From assembly GCA_964234715.1 (NCBI GenBank), contig OZ174277.1: 64,000 nucleotides of DNA; one strand, given 5' to 3'. Position 1 is the first letter of the stretch. Each line of letters begins with the position of its first letter. The position numbers were made by a program, and so were the translations under genes. Below, piece after piece: positions 1 through 12,177 of this stretch. Below the pieces are notes generated by a model. The model saw only the letters and a list, made by a program, of their open reading frames with translations. It searched no databases and was not told the origin of the DNA. The DNA comes from Podarcis melisellensis (Eukaryota).

Positions 1-222
1 CCCCTGTCTTAGGATCTCCCATCACTAAACTATTGCATGCCATTCATCAAGTAAGCCTTGCTAAGACTATGTTGTTTATGGAGAATTCAACTTAGGTGGC
101 CTTAAATTTGGATTCAAACTCGGGCACATTACTGGAAATAAAAAACACCATCAGCAGACTACCTGCTACCAGACTGCTCAATTTCAAAATGTAGGTACAT
201 CAAACATCACGTTTTCATGGGA

Positions 223-346
223 GGGGAATCTGTGGCCCTCCAGATGTTGTTGGATTCCAACTCCTATCAATCCCAGGAAGGATGGCCAATGGTCAAGGAG
301 GATGGGAGCTACACTCCAGCAACATCTGAAGGGTCGCAGGTTCCCC
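223..346. mobile_element. Short palindromic non-autonomous DNA transposon (MITE); family copies also at ~403-478, 8999-9132 (related), 11635-11730, 28745-28865, 35720-35840, 52324-52447
   Basis: Arms GGGAA(T/C)CTGTGGCCCTCCAGATGTTG...CAACATCTG(G/A)AGGG..CAGGTTCCCC are mutual inverted repeats; many dispersed copies in the window. Confidence 0.75.
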
Positions 347-1521
347 ATATCTATCCCTGGTGAGTGTGTTTTATTAATCACTACCATACCCTATAACAGT
401 TGTGGGGAATCTTTGGCCCTCCAGATGCTGCTGAACTACAACTCCCATCATCCCTGACCACCTGCAACGCTCCCCATGCATACCCTAGAAGAACCTTTCA
501 CCATGGCACATTAGCTTTGTACATGCAGGGAGAAAGTTATCTGGGTAAGCCCTGGTATTAAATCTCTAACCATAAATCTAAAGTGGCACATTTCTGCAGC
601 AGATACAATATGTAGGACTGCTGGTCATGCAGCTTGGCCATCACTCATAGCCGGGGGTAAGATGCCTGGTTCTCGGCCTCAATTTCCCATGAATAAAAAT
701 GAAATGATGGCGAGTCACTTTACGGGTCTTTGAAAAAATCTTAAAGTGCCAAGCGAGTAACTAAAAACTGAGGGTAGAGTCCTACAGCCTTAAAGGTATC
801 TCCATGATACAAGATCCAGCGATTGCATCACGAATTACCAGAGGCCAGAACAGTCTGTCCTCCACAACACCAACACATCTCTACATTATGTGCCTGTTAT
901 GGGCTTAATTGTAAGCTGCCTTGGGAGGCGATCCTGGCTGAGAAGCAGAGTTCAGATGCAATAAATAAGTAATGCACAGTAGTGGGCCAGGCCATGAGGT
1001 GCAGCTGCCCTCTTGACAGCAGTGAGATGGAGCTTACTTGGACAGGGTTGTGCAGGGTGACAGTGAGATTGGAGCTGTGCAGGCAAACTGGCAGGAATGC
1101 CAGATTGGTTCCACTTGTTGTGCCTGCACAGCCTTCATCTTGCTGCCACCCAGGGAAGCTGCAGAGATGTCAGGACAGGTCCATGGCTATGCCTCACGAC
1201 ACAGGCTGCTACTGATAACAGATATTCTGCTGTGTTCCTTTTCTCAAAAAGTAGCTTGAGAACTCCCATCACCAGTCATATGCTATAGCCCTCCTCTGAC
1301 TGTGATCAGGAAACATGCAAAGGGATGAGCATGTTCAATCCCTGCACCTTTTAGAACCCTGTTTTCTAGGGCTACAAAATACTCAAGGAACATAACTGAG
1401 TATAGAAGGCTCCATGTTGCAGTCAGCCACCCTCCACAAATTGGTCAACAAGAACAGTGCTGGGGAAGGGGCAGAGCTAGCATGATTACAGGACATATAA
1501 TACAAAGCCATGGCTAATGGT

Positions 1522-1724
1522 AGGGCTGCCATTTCAAAGGCGGAATTGACGTCTGGGGGGAATTTCCGAAAGGCAGCGGTTTGTCTTGGATCTTAGGCAA
1601 GTAAAAAAACACACACACACAAAAACCATTCAACAAGATTTGTCTTTTTTTTTTTAAAAAAAAAAAGGTGAGGTAGCCAGGAAGAGCAGCTCTTCACTTT
1701 AGATTTTAGGCAGTGGCAGCTCCT
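1522..1724. mobile_element. Degenerate MITE with AGGGCTGCCA...TGGCAGCTCCT termini
   Basis: Imperfect terminal inverted repeats of a type common in reptile non-autonomous DNA transposons. Confidence 0.45.
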
Positions 1725-1732
1725 TAACTGTA

Positions 1733-1957
1733 GAGTGTACCTCGGGTTACATACGCTTCAGGTTACACACTCCGCTAACCCAGAAATAGTGCTTCAGGTT
1801 AAGAACTTTGCTTCAGGATAGGAACAGAAATCGGGCTCCGGCGGCGCGGCAGCAGCAGGAGGCCCCATTAGCTAAAGTGGTGCTTCAGGTTAAGAACAGT
1901 TTCAGGTTAAGAACGGACCTCCGGGACGAATTAAGTACTTAACCTGAGGTACCACTG
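1733..1957. mobile_element. Tc1/mariner(Tigger/pogo)-type MITE, family A
   Basis: TIR (C/G)AGTG(G)TACCTC...GAGGTACCACTG with TA target duplication; internal sequence near-identical to copies at 45893, 46716, 50323 and 50466. Confidence 0.85.
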
Positions 1958-4900
1958 TAGTTAATGTGGAGGTCTGAGTTCACACATAATGCTATGGTTA
2001 ACGTTAACTACAGTTTATAAATCAGCTCCATACCTTGGTCAGCAAGCAACCTTGAATCGTAGTTTAATAAACCCCAGTTAAGCAGCTGGACTGGATTCCA
2101 ATGGAATACTAAGACATGAAGCTGAAATCTTATGAACATAGAGGGCATTGCTTCTGGATATGCAAACATAGGCTGGTGCTGTTTGCCCCATTGAACCTCA
2201 GAGTACAGTTTAATTCAGCTTTGAGTACAGTTTTGCTGATTTCAATATAACTGTCGTAACTACCTTTATCTGGATCTGGGCCTTTATGATTAGGTCACTA
2301 TTTGAGGGACTAATAGCCCCATCCCATGTATATTAAGTAGCAGTAACTCCCACTGCTTTCAGCTGGGAGTAAGCAATGAAACTTAATGTGCTTAATGAAT
2401 AAACGGGGGCTTATTAATATTGTAAGCCAACTTGAGTATGGTTTTAACCATGGAAAGGCAACATACTACATTATGTATGTTTGTATGTATGAATGAGTCA
2501 TAGAACTGTAGAGCTGTAGACCACAAGGGTCATCTAGTCCAACCCTGGGGAATTGCAGGATTGGTTCTCCACATGCATGCAAGTTTTTTTTTGTTTTTTT
2601 GCAATGTTGTCAATGCAAGTCTATAACCCCTATTCACCCTTTTGAAAGGAGACTCGAGTTATTCATTTATTTATGCCGCGTAATACTTGACAGTCCCTAA
2701 AAAAATTACAAAATAAAAAATACAATATGTGTTTACAATAAAACTCAGAAACTGCACTGTAAATCAATGCAGTATTAGAAAAACCTATTGCTAACGACCC
2801 ATTTGCAATATCTCAATGGCCAGTTTACTGCAGCCTCGAATTTCAGACCAACTCTGCATCCTGTTTAGCAGCATTGCAGCTCCTCTTTTACATTTCAGAC
2901 AGTGTGGATCCAGCACCAGATCTGTCTCTCTCGTTTCCTTCCAGCGCAATAAACTGCTCAGTGTACCTTCGCTTGAGATGACGTGTCAGGCCGAAGGAAC
3001 CTAAAGAGTTAAGAGCACCCCACCTGCTAAGTTTTGCTGAAAGGCTCCACGCGCGAGCGCTACCCTTTTGCCAAGGAAACCAAATTGTGCAACCAATTCA
3101 AACGAGAGGAAGGGAGGAGAGAGGGGTGGAGGGGCGGGGAGGAAGTGATTTGTTGCTGGCGCTTTACTACTACTACTATTACTACTATCGCTGACACTGT
3201 GATTGAAAGAAGAAAAAAAAGCGAGCACCGCGCTAGCCAACCGAAGGGCAGCCCCTGCCGTTGCTCTGACGCGATTTCACCACGCTAAGCCCTCCGGCCA
3301 GGTGCTGCAAGGGGAAGCAAGCCCCGGGCTTTTTTTCCTTTCTCTTTCGCCCTCCTTCGCCAACAGGGGATCCATCATCGCCTGTTCTCCCCGCCCGGAG
3401 TGCAGGAGATCGTAACTCCCCGCCTTGCAGTCCCATTCATGCTTCACACACTAATACAACTCCTTCCTGTACAGGATGTATTATTACCATCATTAAAAAA
3501 AATAATCCGGCGCTGAGTTTTTTTTTTTGGTAAGGCACGGTTCGAACTCTTCCCAACCCAAAACTTTGCGCTTTGCCAAGGCAGGGAAGAAACCCCACGA
3601 GTTCCCCCCGCCCCGCGCGGCCGCTCTGCAGGAAGGAAGCGAACTGGTTGGGCGGCGCGGCGCGCGCGGCAATGCCCGGGCTCGGCAGAAGCGGGGCACC
3701 CCGGGTGCGTCACCCAGGGCCGCCGAAGTCGCTTTTGTGACCCAGACTCGCAACTTCGGCTGCACACAATCGCGAGCGCACGCATGCCCGGCGCCGACCC
3801 GTTTTCTCGCCGCCTGCCTATTCTCTTTTCGTATTAGATTAGCAATAACCGAAAGAGAAAAGGGAAACTTCAGCGTGAGCCCCAGCAGCTAGGACTTTGC
3901 TTTCCGTGCCAAGGGGAAAGGAAGGGAGGAGGGGAGAGAGCGCGGGCAGAAAGGGAGGAGGGGAATAATCGCTGGCGCTACACGGCGAAAGAGAAAGGCA
4001 AGTTCTGGCTCCACGTGGAGCGACTGTCCCGAGATAATTGGAAAACAATCCTGCACTGTGTGAGCGTTTCTGCAGACCACGAGGCGCTGCTTGGCCCTTC
4101 CAGTTCCCTGCTGCACGCCACGAACAGCGGAGGGTGAAAGGGGAGCAGCGCCGGGTAGCCAGAGTCACCTCCACCACCCCACAGCCACAACGTTCCCCAG
4201 CACAGGACGACTGAGGCTTCCTCCATAAGACACACAGGCGACCTTGTCTATCTTGCCGTGCAAGATCAGGCTCAATATTAGCAAAACGAGTGACAGTTCT
4301 TGACAAGCACCCCCCTAGCCCGTTCTCCCCTTCCCTCCCATTGCATCCTCCTCTACAGCCAAAGTTGTTCCGCACGTTGCTGCAAATAACGCTCGGGCTT
4401 GCGGAGAACAGCCTGTGCATTAATGAATGCCACACTGCACAGCACTGCTTTTGGGATGCATATATAGCATACATACATATACATATGCTTTTTCTAAAAG
4501 AGGGGTTATCGGGAGGAAGCTGAGTTTGGAGTCCCGAACCACCACGCCGGGCAAATTCAAAAAGAGAGAGCTGGGTCTCCCTTCCACGCAGCCTGTCATC
4601 CACCTGACACAACCACAGAGAATGAATGAGACGAATGGACACAGGGATCAAATACCTGCAAGCTAAGCCGCTCCGACATTTTTACACCCTTTTCTTACCT
4701 CCAGTGGGCTGCTTGCTCGCCTGCTCCGGCCCCAAAGGATCGCGGAACGGGGACGCCCGTCGCGGTCGCCGGAGGCAGCGGGTCCCCTTGGCAAGCCAGG
4801 AACGGGCCTGAACCTTTTTATTTAATTATTTTGGCCCACGCGTGCAACGCGTAGCCTGGGAGGAATACCCTCCCGCGCACGACACACAAAACACGCCTTT

Positions 4901-5284
4901 CACTGCACAAACCTGCACGACTCATTGCAAATAATCGATCCTTCGTTAACTCCTAAGTTACTCGCAACCGGGAGCGGAGGGATGTGGCTTGCAAAGGGGA
5001 AAGTAAGCTGCTAAACTTTTGCTGATGCAGCCTTGCGCTTTCTTGCAAGGCACCCGTTTTAATGCACGCTCTGACAGGTGTGCAAAAGAACTGCTGCAGC
5101 TCTCGCCCTCCTGGAAGTTTAGGGAGTTTCTTTTCTTCTCTGACACTGCGATAGTTTCCCCCTCCCCAAAAAAGCAGCCCGACAAGACAAGACGCACACA
5201 CAGAAAGAGGAGAGAGACAGACAGGCAGAAATGCATTGGCGTTGCGAAGGGGTTTGCTTTTCTGCCCCTTCTTGCTCTTATTAC

Positions 5285-5307
5285 CTGTGCCTAGGTCTCC
5301 TGGCCAT
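5285..5307 (-). CDS. MYB: c-MYB coding exon 1 (23 nt, MARRPRH + AG of Ser codon); remaining exons outside the window
   Basis: Minus strand reads aggATGGCCAGGAGACCTAGGCACAG|gtaat. This gives the MARRPRHS N-terminus and 23-nt coding exon typical of vertebrate MYB, a strong Kozak context and a GT donor. It lies in a CpG island divergent from HBS1L (conserved synteny). Confidence 0.96.
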
Positions 5308-5555
5308 CCTTGCATTAGTCACTGAGGGCAAGGCGAAAAGTAGGTGGGTGGGTGGGGGAGGAGAGGGCTTTATGCTGCTGGAAGAGGTGCTTGGCGTTTC
5401 TTGCCGCTTAAGAGGAGCTCCTCCGCCGCAAAGTTCTCAGGAGCGGGAGAGGGGAGGAGGAAACAGGTTGAGATGAAAGAGTAAACTCTGTAAACAGAGA
5501 TGCCATCAAACAAAGGGCTTTTTGGACACTCCCCCTCCCGCCAAATCTGGCGCCC
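5308..5555 (-). promoter_or_regulatory. MYB: MYB 5'UTR and core promoter (TSS near 5470)
   Basis: Minus strand ...GGCGCCAGATTTGGCGGGAGGGGGAGTGTCCAAAAAGCCCTTTGTTTGATGGCATCTCTGTTTACAGAGTTTAC...TCAACCTGTTTCCTCCTCC...TCCTGAGAACTT closely matches the mammalian MYB TSS region as I recall it. E2F site TTTGGCGGGA at 5536-5545. Confidence 0.88.
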
Positions 5556-6604
5556 CTGCAGTGCGCAGGCGCTTCTCCAGCCGCTGGCCCTGGGTCTTAC
5601 TGGCACGGAGGAAGTCCTTCCAGCCCATTCGGCTCTGTGTGTGGCTCGAAGCGCGCGCGGCTGAGGCGGCGCCGGCGGCAGCAGCCCGGAGCTGAACTCG
5701 AGGGGGAGAGCGGGCAGGCGCGAGAGGCGCCTTTTGCTGCACAGTCCCGCGCAGCCGAGACGTGTCCTACTGACACACACACAGGCACACAAACAACCCC
5801 CCCCCCGCCAGAGCACACCCCCGCCGGACCGCCTGAGCACGGGCTTGCTCGTGGAGCCGGGGTGGCTGGGAGGCGCCATGCCAGGCTTCACGAGAGGAGC
5901 CCGCTTCGCTCTCTCCTCACCCACTTCGTGGCCTCCATAAGGAGACGGCTGGGCTCAAACTTCCTCTGGCGCTCTGCCCGTTTTGCTTGCCAAGGAGGAA
6001 GCTCTAAGCTGCAACTTATTCTCCGCCAGGTCCACCTGTCTTTTTTGCGGGGTGGAGGTGGACGGTAATGTCGCTAGTTTTTTTATATTTTTTTACAGGG
6101 CTTCTATGACTTTTAACGGCAGGCAGGCAGGCGTCCAACAGGTGCAGTGCCACCTTTCTGTTGAGAGAAACGACCTGTTGAATTTTTGCCTGACACTGGA
6201 AATGCTGCAGGTTATAAATTCTGCCGGGGGGGGGGGAGGGAGAGAAGGTGGTGGCAACCCCATCTGAGGCTTACTCAAATATACTCCTCCTGGGAGGAGA
6301 TTGCAGCAGGCTGCGCTTTCTTTGTATTTAGAGGCTGACAGACTGCTGCTTCCAGTGTTTTGAAATCATACCTTCCATCCGGATTGTTGCAGCCCAGGAG
6401 TTGCCTTTGCTAAAGGCACCCGTTGCACATGTGTTAGGAGTAGCTGTGGAGTGCACAGTGGGAGACAGTTTCTGCATATATCTGTAATGTAAGAGGGGAA
6501 ATGCAATGCAAGACACCAACACATCCAAGTTTCTGCACTTTCTGCATACAAGTGGGACCTACAACAAAAGATTGCAGGCTGGAGTGTTGCTTTTCATTAT
6601 TCCA

Positions 6605-6760
6605 GTCAGCCATACGCAGTTGGAAAGAGCGTGGTGCTGATAACGTCAAGGCTGCAGGTTCGATCCCAGTATGGGGCACCTGCCTACTCCTTTATTGCAG
6701 GGAGATGGACTAGTAGATTAACCTCAGGGTCTCTTCCAAATCTACAATTCTATGATTCTT
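6605..6760 (+). mobile_element. tRNA-derived SINE with CR1-like 3' tail (POM-SINE-like of lacertids)
   Basis: tRNA-like head (cagttggaaagagcgtggtgctgataac...GGTTCGATCCC B-box) followed by ggactag...ttccaaatctacaattctatgattct CR1-type tail. Second copy on the minus strand at 30752-30893. Confidence 0.75.
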
Positions 6761-7368
6761 TGCCTTCTTCCAGGATATTCTATTCCATTACCTCATTTTC
6801 TGTTCCCCAACATTTCCAACCATTAGCCACCATTTGATGGCCATTGAGAATGCTCAGTTCTGACTGGGCTGGTTTGGGGGTTTTTTTGTCCCCTTAGGTT
6901 ACCCCCCTTAAGATCTTTAATACTTCTGCAAACTCTGGGGTTTCCCCAAGTTTGCTGATACATTCCTCTGCTCTGTGGCCCCATTTAGGCTGCAGTGTTG
7001 GCACTCATCAACTGAGTTCACGATTAGAGGGAGTGATGTGCAATGCATGCACACCCATTATGTATCCCCATGAGACTGTCCTGGCCCACACCAATAGAAC
7101 CAAGAACAGACTAGTATACTAATAAGGGGTGTGGGTGTGGGTGGGTGTTTGTGTGTATAATACATGTCTGCCACTTGTTTACTTCATTACCTTTACAATA
7201 TTGTCTGTGCCCAGTCTCTCAGAAGTCTCTCAGGCTATGTACACATTAGTAATGTCATTCCCCCTCACTGTGTTTCAAGCTGCCTTTTTACCTCCCGATT
7301 TGTTTTCCTGCCCCGAACGCCTATTCCATGAAGCTATCATCTGTGCATGCAGAATGGCTGTATCAATT

Positions 7369-7484
7369 CTGTTGTTGTTGTTTAGTCGTTTAGTCGTGTC
7401 CGACTCTTCGTGACTCCATGGACCAGAGCACGCCAGGCACTTCTGTCTTCCACTGCCTCCCGCAGTTTGGTCAAACTCATGCTG
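7369..7484 (-). mobile_element. 5'-truncated BovB (RTE clade) LINE 3' end
   Basis: (GTT)n tail plus tttagtcgtgtccgactcttcgtgac..catggacc BovB 3' sequence; 9-bp TSD GTATCAATT at 7360-7368 and 7485-7493. Confidence 0.9.
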
Positions 7485-8430
7485 GTATCAATTGTACACA
7501 CAGCTTAAACACAGCTCATGGAAGCTGGTTTGAGGGAAAATGCATCAAACAGCAATATTTCTCAAGAAACTACAGGATGTATATGGATAGTGGCTGGCAC
7601 CATGTGCACTCAGGTTCAAACACCAGCAGTGGGGATGCACGAGTAAGCAGGGATGTATACACAGCCTCAGGTGTGTCTTCTGTTTTGCTGCCGATGACCT
7701 GCCAAGCTGTTTCCACTTATCTACACAGGAGTTTAATGTGGATTTGAAGCTGCATGTGAAGCTGCTTGATTTTTTTGGTGTTGTCCGCGCTGCATTCTCC
7801 CCATCCAACTGGCAGCCTACAATTTTTCATACTAAACTTGGAAAGTAAATACAACATTAAAATTACTTGTTACCTGACTGGACACACTAGAACACACTGT
7901 GTGGGCAGGTTCTGGTGATGTTTCTGCAGTGTCAGTTATAACCCCATACTTCCATTTTGCTTCCATCAGCTGATAGGAAAGGATTTGGGTTCCTGGTATA
8001 TTTTTTAATGAAAGCTGTTCTTTTGTGCAGAAGAGATCTTGTGCAAAACAACTGTGTTAAAAATTAAAATGGAATTTCTCCCTGCAGATCAGAAGGTGGG
8101 GAAAGAAAAGGGAAGGGAAGGAAGTCATGAGTGACTCCAAATTCTTGTCTGGCTTGAAGCAACACACATTTGTTCGATGAATGCAGCAGTTTTCTGCAAA
8201 TCTGATATATTGGAAAACTCGTCTTTCAAAAGCAATTAAAAGGTGCCTGCACACAAATATAAAAAAACTTGTCCACATGCCTACAATGGACCTCTGGGTT
8301 CTGGAATTTACACTGGGTGGGGAAGTACCAACTGAGGGGAGGGGACAACACACAGTGTGAATACATCACATCAAGCACTGCCCAATAGCATTAGTGGGAA
8401 ACACTAACTTAGCAGTGACTTTAAGAGACG

Positions 8431-8860
8431 TCAAAAGATATAAAAAACTTTGGAAAACCCCAGAAGATAAAACAAGCCTTGTAAGGAGTTCTTCGAAAGG
8501 TGCCATAACTTAAAAGGCCCTCCTGGTTGCCATCCATTGTATCTTGGAGTGATTGGGCAGAATGAGGAGGAGGAAGGTACACAGGGCTTTAAAGACGAGT
8601 ACCAGTCCCTTGACTTGAGCCCAAGAGCCAGTGTAGCTGTTTTAATGTTAGAAAGATAATGATCTTGCCCTCTGGACCGAATCAATGGCCTAACTGGACT
8701 AACTGCACTTGTCTCTGAAGGCAGCCCTGCATACAGTCTATGGCAGCAGTCTAGCTTCAATAATACAAATGGAGTATGAAAGACCATGACATAATCCAGC
8801 ACAGATTGCAGCTGGTGCGCCAGTTTACACTGATGAAAAGCAGTGCAAACTACTAACACC
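8431..8860 (-). mobile_element. Degenerate L2 LINE ORF2 fragment
   Basis: Translation has remnants such as KLDCCHRLYAGLP, resembling the L2 RLDYCNSLYVGLP motif seen intact at 17.6 kb. Confidence 0.6.
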
Positions 8861-9904
8861 ACTTGGGTCTCAGTGTCAATTTAATGCTCTTTACTGCCTT
8901 TATCGTTTACTAAGAAAATTAATTGAGGTTATCAAAAATGTCGTAACTTGATATCACCCTTATAGCATATACAGAGGTTTTGGGTTGAGGATCAGGATCA
9001 GTGTTTCTCAAATTCAGGTCCCCCAACTGAAGGACTACAATTCCCATCATTCCTGACTACTAGTCCTGCTAGCTAGGGATGATGGGAGCTGTAGTCCAAC
9101 AACAGCTGGGGACCCAAGTTTGAGAAAGTTAGGGCATAGGTGGGGGCAGAGGGGAGGAAGGAATCCAAGGAGGTTTTAATATGACTGCAGCTACTGTTTT
9201 TCTAGGAAATGTTCCAGCACAGGTGATATAGCCTGTACCTGATCCCAGGTGGTATCCAGGTGGTCTGAGCTCCATGTGGGGATGGTGTGGGAAAGTCAGT
9301 GCCTCATTTAAAAAGAAAGTAAATATTATCTTTCCAGCAGTATTCCAGGCAGCCTGAGGACCATTCTCCACCTCATACTGACGGCTTGTTGAAATTAGTC
9401 TCCATGCCTTCCGGCCCACCAGCCCCACTTGGCACCAGCCTCCACCATTTACAAGCTTACAATGTAGGTGAATATTCTGTTGTTTTGTCACCAGGTTGGG
9501 TCACAAGTGTTTAAAAATATAATATTTAAATGAGTTTTCAGACAAATAAAATCAAAAGAATAGAGTGGGTCCTAAAATATATAAGTCAAAGGTGAAGGTA
9601 AAGAAGTATATCTCCAGCATGCAATGGTAACTACATAATGAAGGTGCCTGGCTTTCTCTGTGAGGAGAAATTCCACAACTTAGGAGCTGCCACAGATCAT
9701 TCCCTCTCCCAGGCCACCTCCCTCCTGAGTTTTTGAGGGTGGTGGCACTATCAAGAGGTGCCCTGCTCCTGATCTTAACACCCATGAATATGTGCAAGGT
9801 CAGAGGCAGTCTTTCAGATATTTGAGCCCTGTGTTGTTTATGTGTCTGAGAGATGTTTATTATTAGCAGAAACTAGCTGATATTATTATCGTTTTTCTTC
9901 ACTA

Positions 9905-10260
9905 CATTGCCATCTGGCCAAATTCAAAGTGCTGGGATTAATATTTAAAGCTATGCAGCTTGAGGCCAAATTACCTAAGGGATTGTCTCCCTTTCTGGGT
10001 GGGGCACCTCTGAAGTTGCTGGAAGGTGTTGACATAAGGGGGCTTCTCAGTAGTGGCTCCCAGCTTAGGAAACGTTCTCTCCGGGGATACATACCTGGCA
10101 CCATCACTATCCATTTTTAAGCATCAGGCAATAATGTTTCTATTCCGCCAGGCAATTGGGCTTTATAATTATCTATGTCTTCAGTGCGTAGGATGTTAAT
10201 CTTGTCTTTATAAATTTGAATGTTTTTTTTTAGCTTTTTGCTGTTTAAGTTTTATGTCGG
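9905..10260 (+). mobile_element. Degenerate L2 LINE 3' fragment
   Basis: aaattcaaagtgctgg..atttaaagct (FKVL..FKA) followed by T-rich 3'UTR typical of L2. Confidence 0.55.
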
Positions 10261-11769
10261 TTATCATATATGAGCCATTTTTGGGTTCCTGTTTTGGGGG
10301 AAAGGTGACCAATAATTATAATAAAGCCCTTTCTTTAGTAGTATCTTGGTTGTGAAATGCCCCAAAGAGTTTTATTGGTGCAGGCTTTTCATTTTGTTCT
10401 TTAAAATTCTGATTGCTTTTTAGACCCTGAGCACTAATCGTTTTTATTCTCATTCTGGATGATTCAACGTTGTGTTTGGTTTTAAGTCCATTTGGTTTTT
10501 ATATTTTATGGTTTAAAAAGTCTTTTGGTAAACTGCTCAGAGAACATACAGTTAATGAGTGGTATAAAATGCTGCATATAAATAAAACTAATAAAAAGGC
10601 CTAATTTCAAAAAGTGCTTAGTACACTTTTGTATGCATTGCTGTGGACGTCTCTTCACATATGTTCACTCTAGAGTGGCTATACTCCCCTGCTTGCCAAC
10701 GCCCCCACTCCCCCTTATTGGGCCAGCCCTGATGTTGTTGACTTGTGCATCTGGTCACCCTTTTGCAACAGGAGGGTTGTCTTTTGACAGTACAATCCTA
10801 TTCAGTAGTGAGCCCCATTGAGTTCAGTGGGACATACTCCCAGGTAAGTAGGTATAGGATTGTAGTCCAGGTCGGCAGTGTTTGAGTTGTGTTAACAGGG
10901 AGGAGCCCCATGATAACCCACACAAATACAGCAGGCGTTTGGCTTTAGTTTTTGAACAATTGTACTTTTGCATGTTTCTATTTCGTGTGTTTTTTTAAAA
11001 ACAATAAATAAATCAGAGGCTAGCAGTTTAAAAGTCCAAGTAATTAGGAAGGGGTTGCTGACTTTTGCTTGACTTTGTATAATAGTCCTGCTGGGTTTTT
11101 ACTCTTATTTTTCTCTGCTTATGACAGAAGAGCTTCTGCTACTTCTGTCGTAGGAGGGTGTCTACTAAGCTCAAAATGGCTCAGTAAATACTTTTCTTAA
11201 ATACAGAAATGACTCACATTTTGAAAGAAAATGGTGAAATATGCAAAGTTCTCAGTTTAAGCAGTATAGGTCAGAATCTTGCACCTTTTAAGTGGTTTTA
11301 GGCTCTGTTCCTAAGCATACTTATGTGAAAGTAAGTAGATCCCCTGATTTTCTGCTTTTGCAATCTGGAGAAGCTGTGGGGCAAGCAAAGAGCGAGGAGT
11401 GGTGGGTGTAGTCCCATTGTGCAAGCTAAAATCATTGCGCTGATGGGATATGTTTATTGAATATTGCCTGTAATATTTTGACTCCAAGCTTGATCTCAGC
11501 AACCACCGTGTTGGCACTGATAGTAAATGAGTAGGCCATTTTGATAAGAAAAGGTCTGCCCTGATATCCTCCTGTTGAAATTTTGTAGTAGAAAGAAGTT
11601 AGAGAGCAGATGTGGATACTATAGTGCAGAGCTGAGGAATCTGTGGCCCTCCAGATGTTGGATTCCAACTCCCACCACCATGGCCAATGGTTAGGGATTA
11701 TGGGAGTACCCAGAGGGTTGTAGGTTCCCCACGCCTCCTTTCATCATGCTGTGTCACTGCCGGGAGAGA

Positions 11770-12177
11770 GGTATGGACACAGCGCACAGAGCAAAGATTT
11801 TCTCCTTTTCACAGAGCACTAGAACTCGCGGACATCCTATGAAGTTGGAAGATTCAGGGCAGATAAGAAAAGGACATAGTTAAATTATAGAACTCTCACC
11901 AGTGGTGGCAGTGAAGGCCACCAACTTGGATGGCTTTAAAGGACAAATTCATGGAGGAGAAGTGGCTACTAGCCACAATGGCTATGCTTCCTCTCTACAG
12001 TTGGAGGTGGTAATACTTTTCAAGACTAGTTGCTGGAAACCGTAGGAGGGAAGAGTGCTCTTGTGCTAGGGTCCTGTTTATGAGTTTCCCACAGGCACCT
12101 GGTTGGCCACTGTGAGAAGAGGATGCTGGACTAGATGGGCCATTGGCCTGATCCAGCAGGCTCTTCTTGTGTTCTTA
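11770..12177 (+). mobile_element. CR1 LINE 3' end
   Basis: cactagaactcg..ggaagattcagg..gccaccaacttggatggctttaaa..ggatgctggactagatgggccattggcctgatccagcaggctcttctt, a squamate CR1 3' region. Confidence 0.8.

Larger units (their letters stand above)
3030..6065. promoter_or_regulatory. CpG island covering MYB promoter, exon 1 and proximal intron 1
   Basis: Visibly GC- and CpG-dense (e.g. 3601-3815, 4730-4880, 5530-5980) against a CpG-poor background. Boundaries approximate. Confidence 0.85.

Noticed and set aside
1558-1567. Perfect NF-kB site GGGAATTTCC in MYB intron 1
   Set aside because: Lies inside a degenerate MITE-like element; nothing supports orthology to the mammalian intron-1 NF-kB sites.
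2900-4400. Ortholog of the MYB intron-1 CTCF site
   Set aside because: Only weak partial matches by eye (e.g. ~3237-3252); cannot be called without a PWM scan and alignment.
1-5284. MYB exon 2 (IYSSDEDDEDFE...)
   Set aside because: No matching minus-strand sequence found by eye; intron 1 appears to extend beyond the window start.
3839-6068. Long ORFs of 120-270 aa in the MYB CpG island
   Set aside because: Overlapping, Arg/Gly/Pro/Ala-rich frames expected from stop-codon scarcity in GC-rich DNA; no recognisable domain.
6605-6680. tRNA gene
   Set aside because: Acceptor stem is degenerate and the head is fused to a CR1-like tail; a second copy at 30.8 kb shows it is a SINE.
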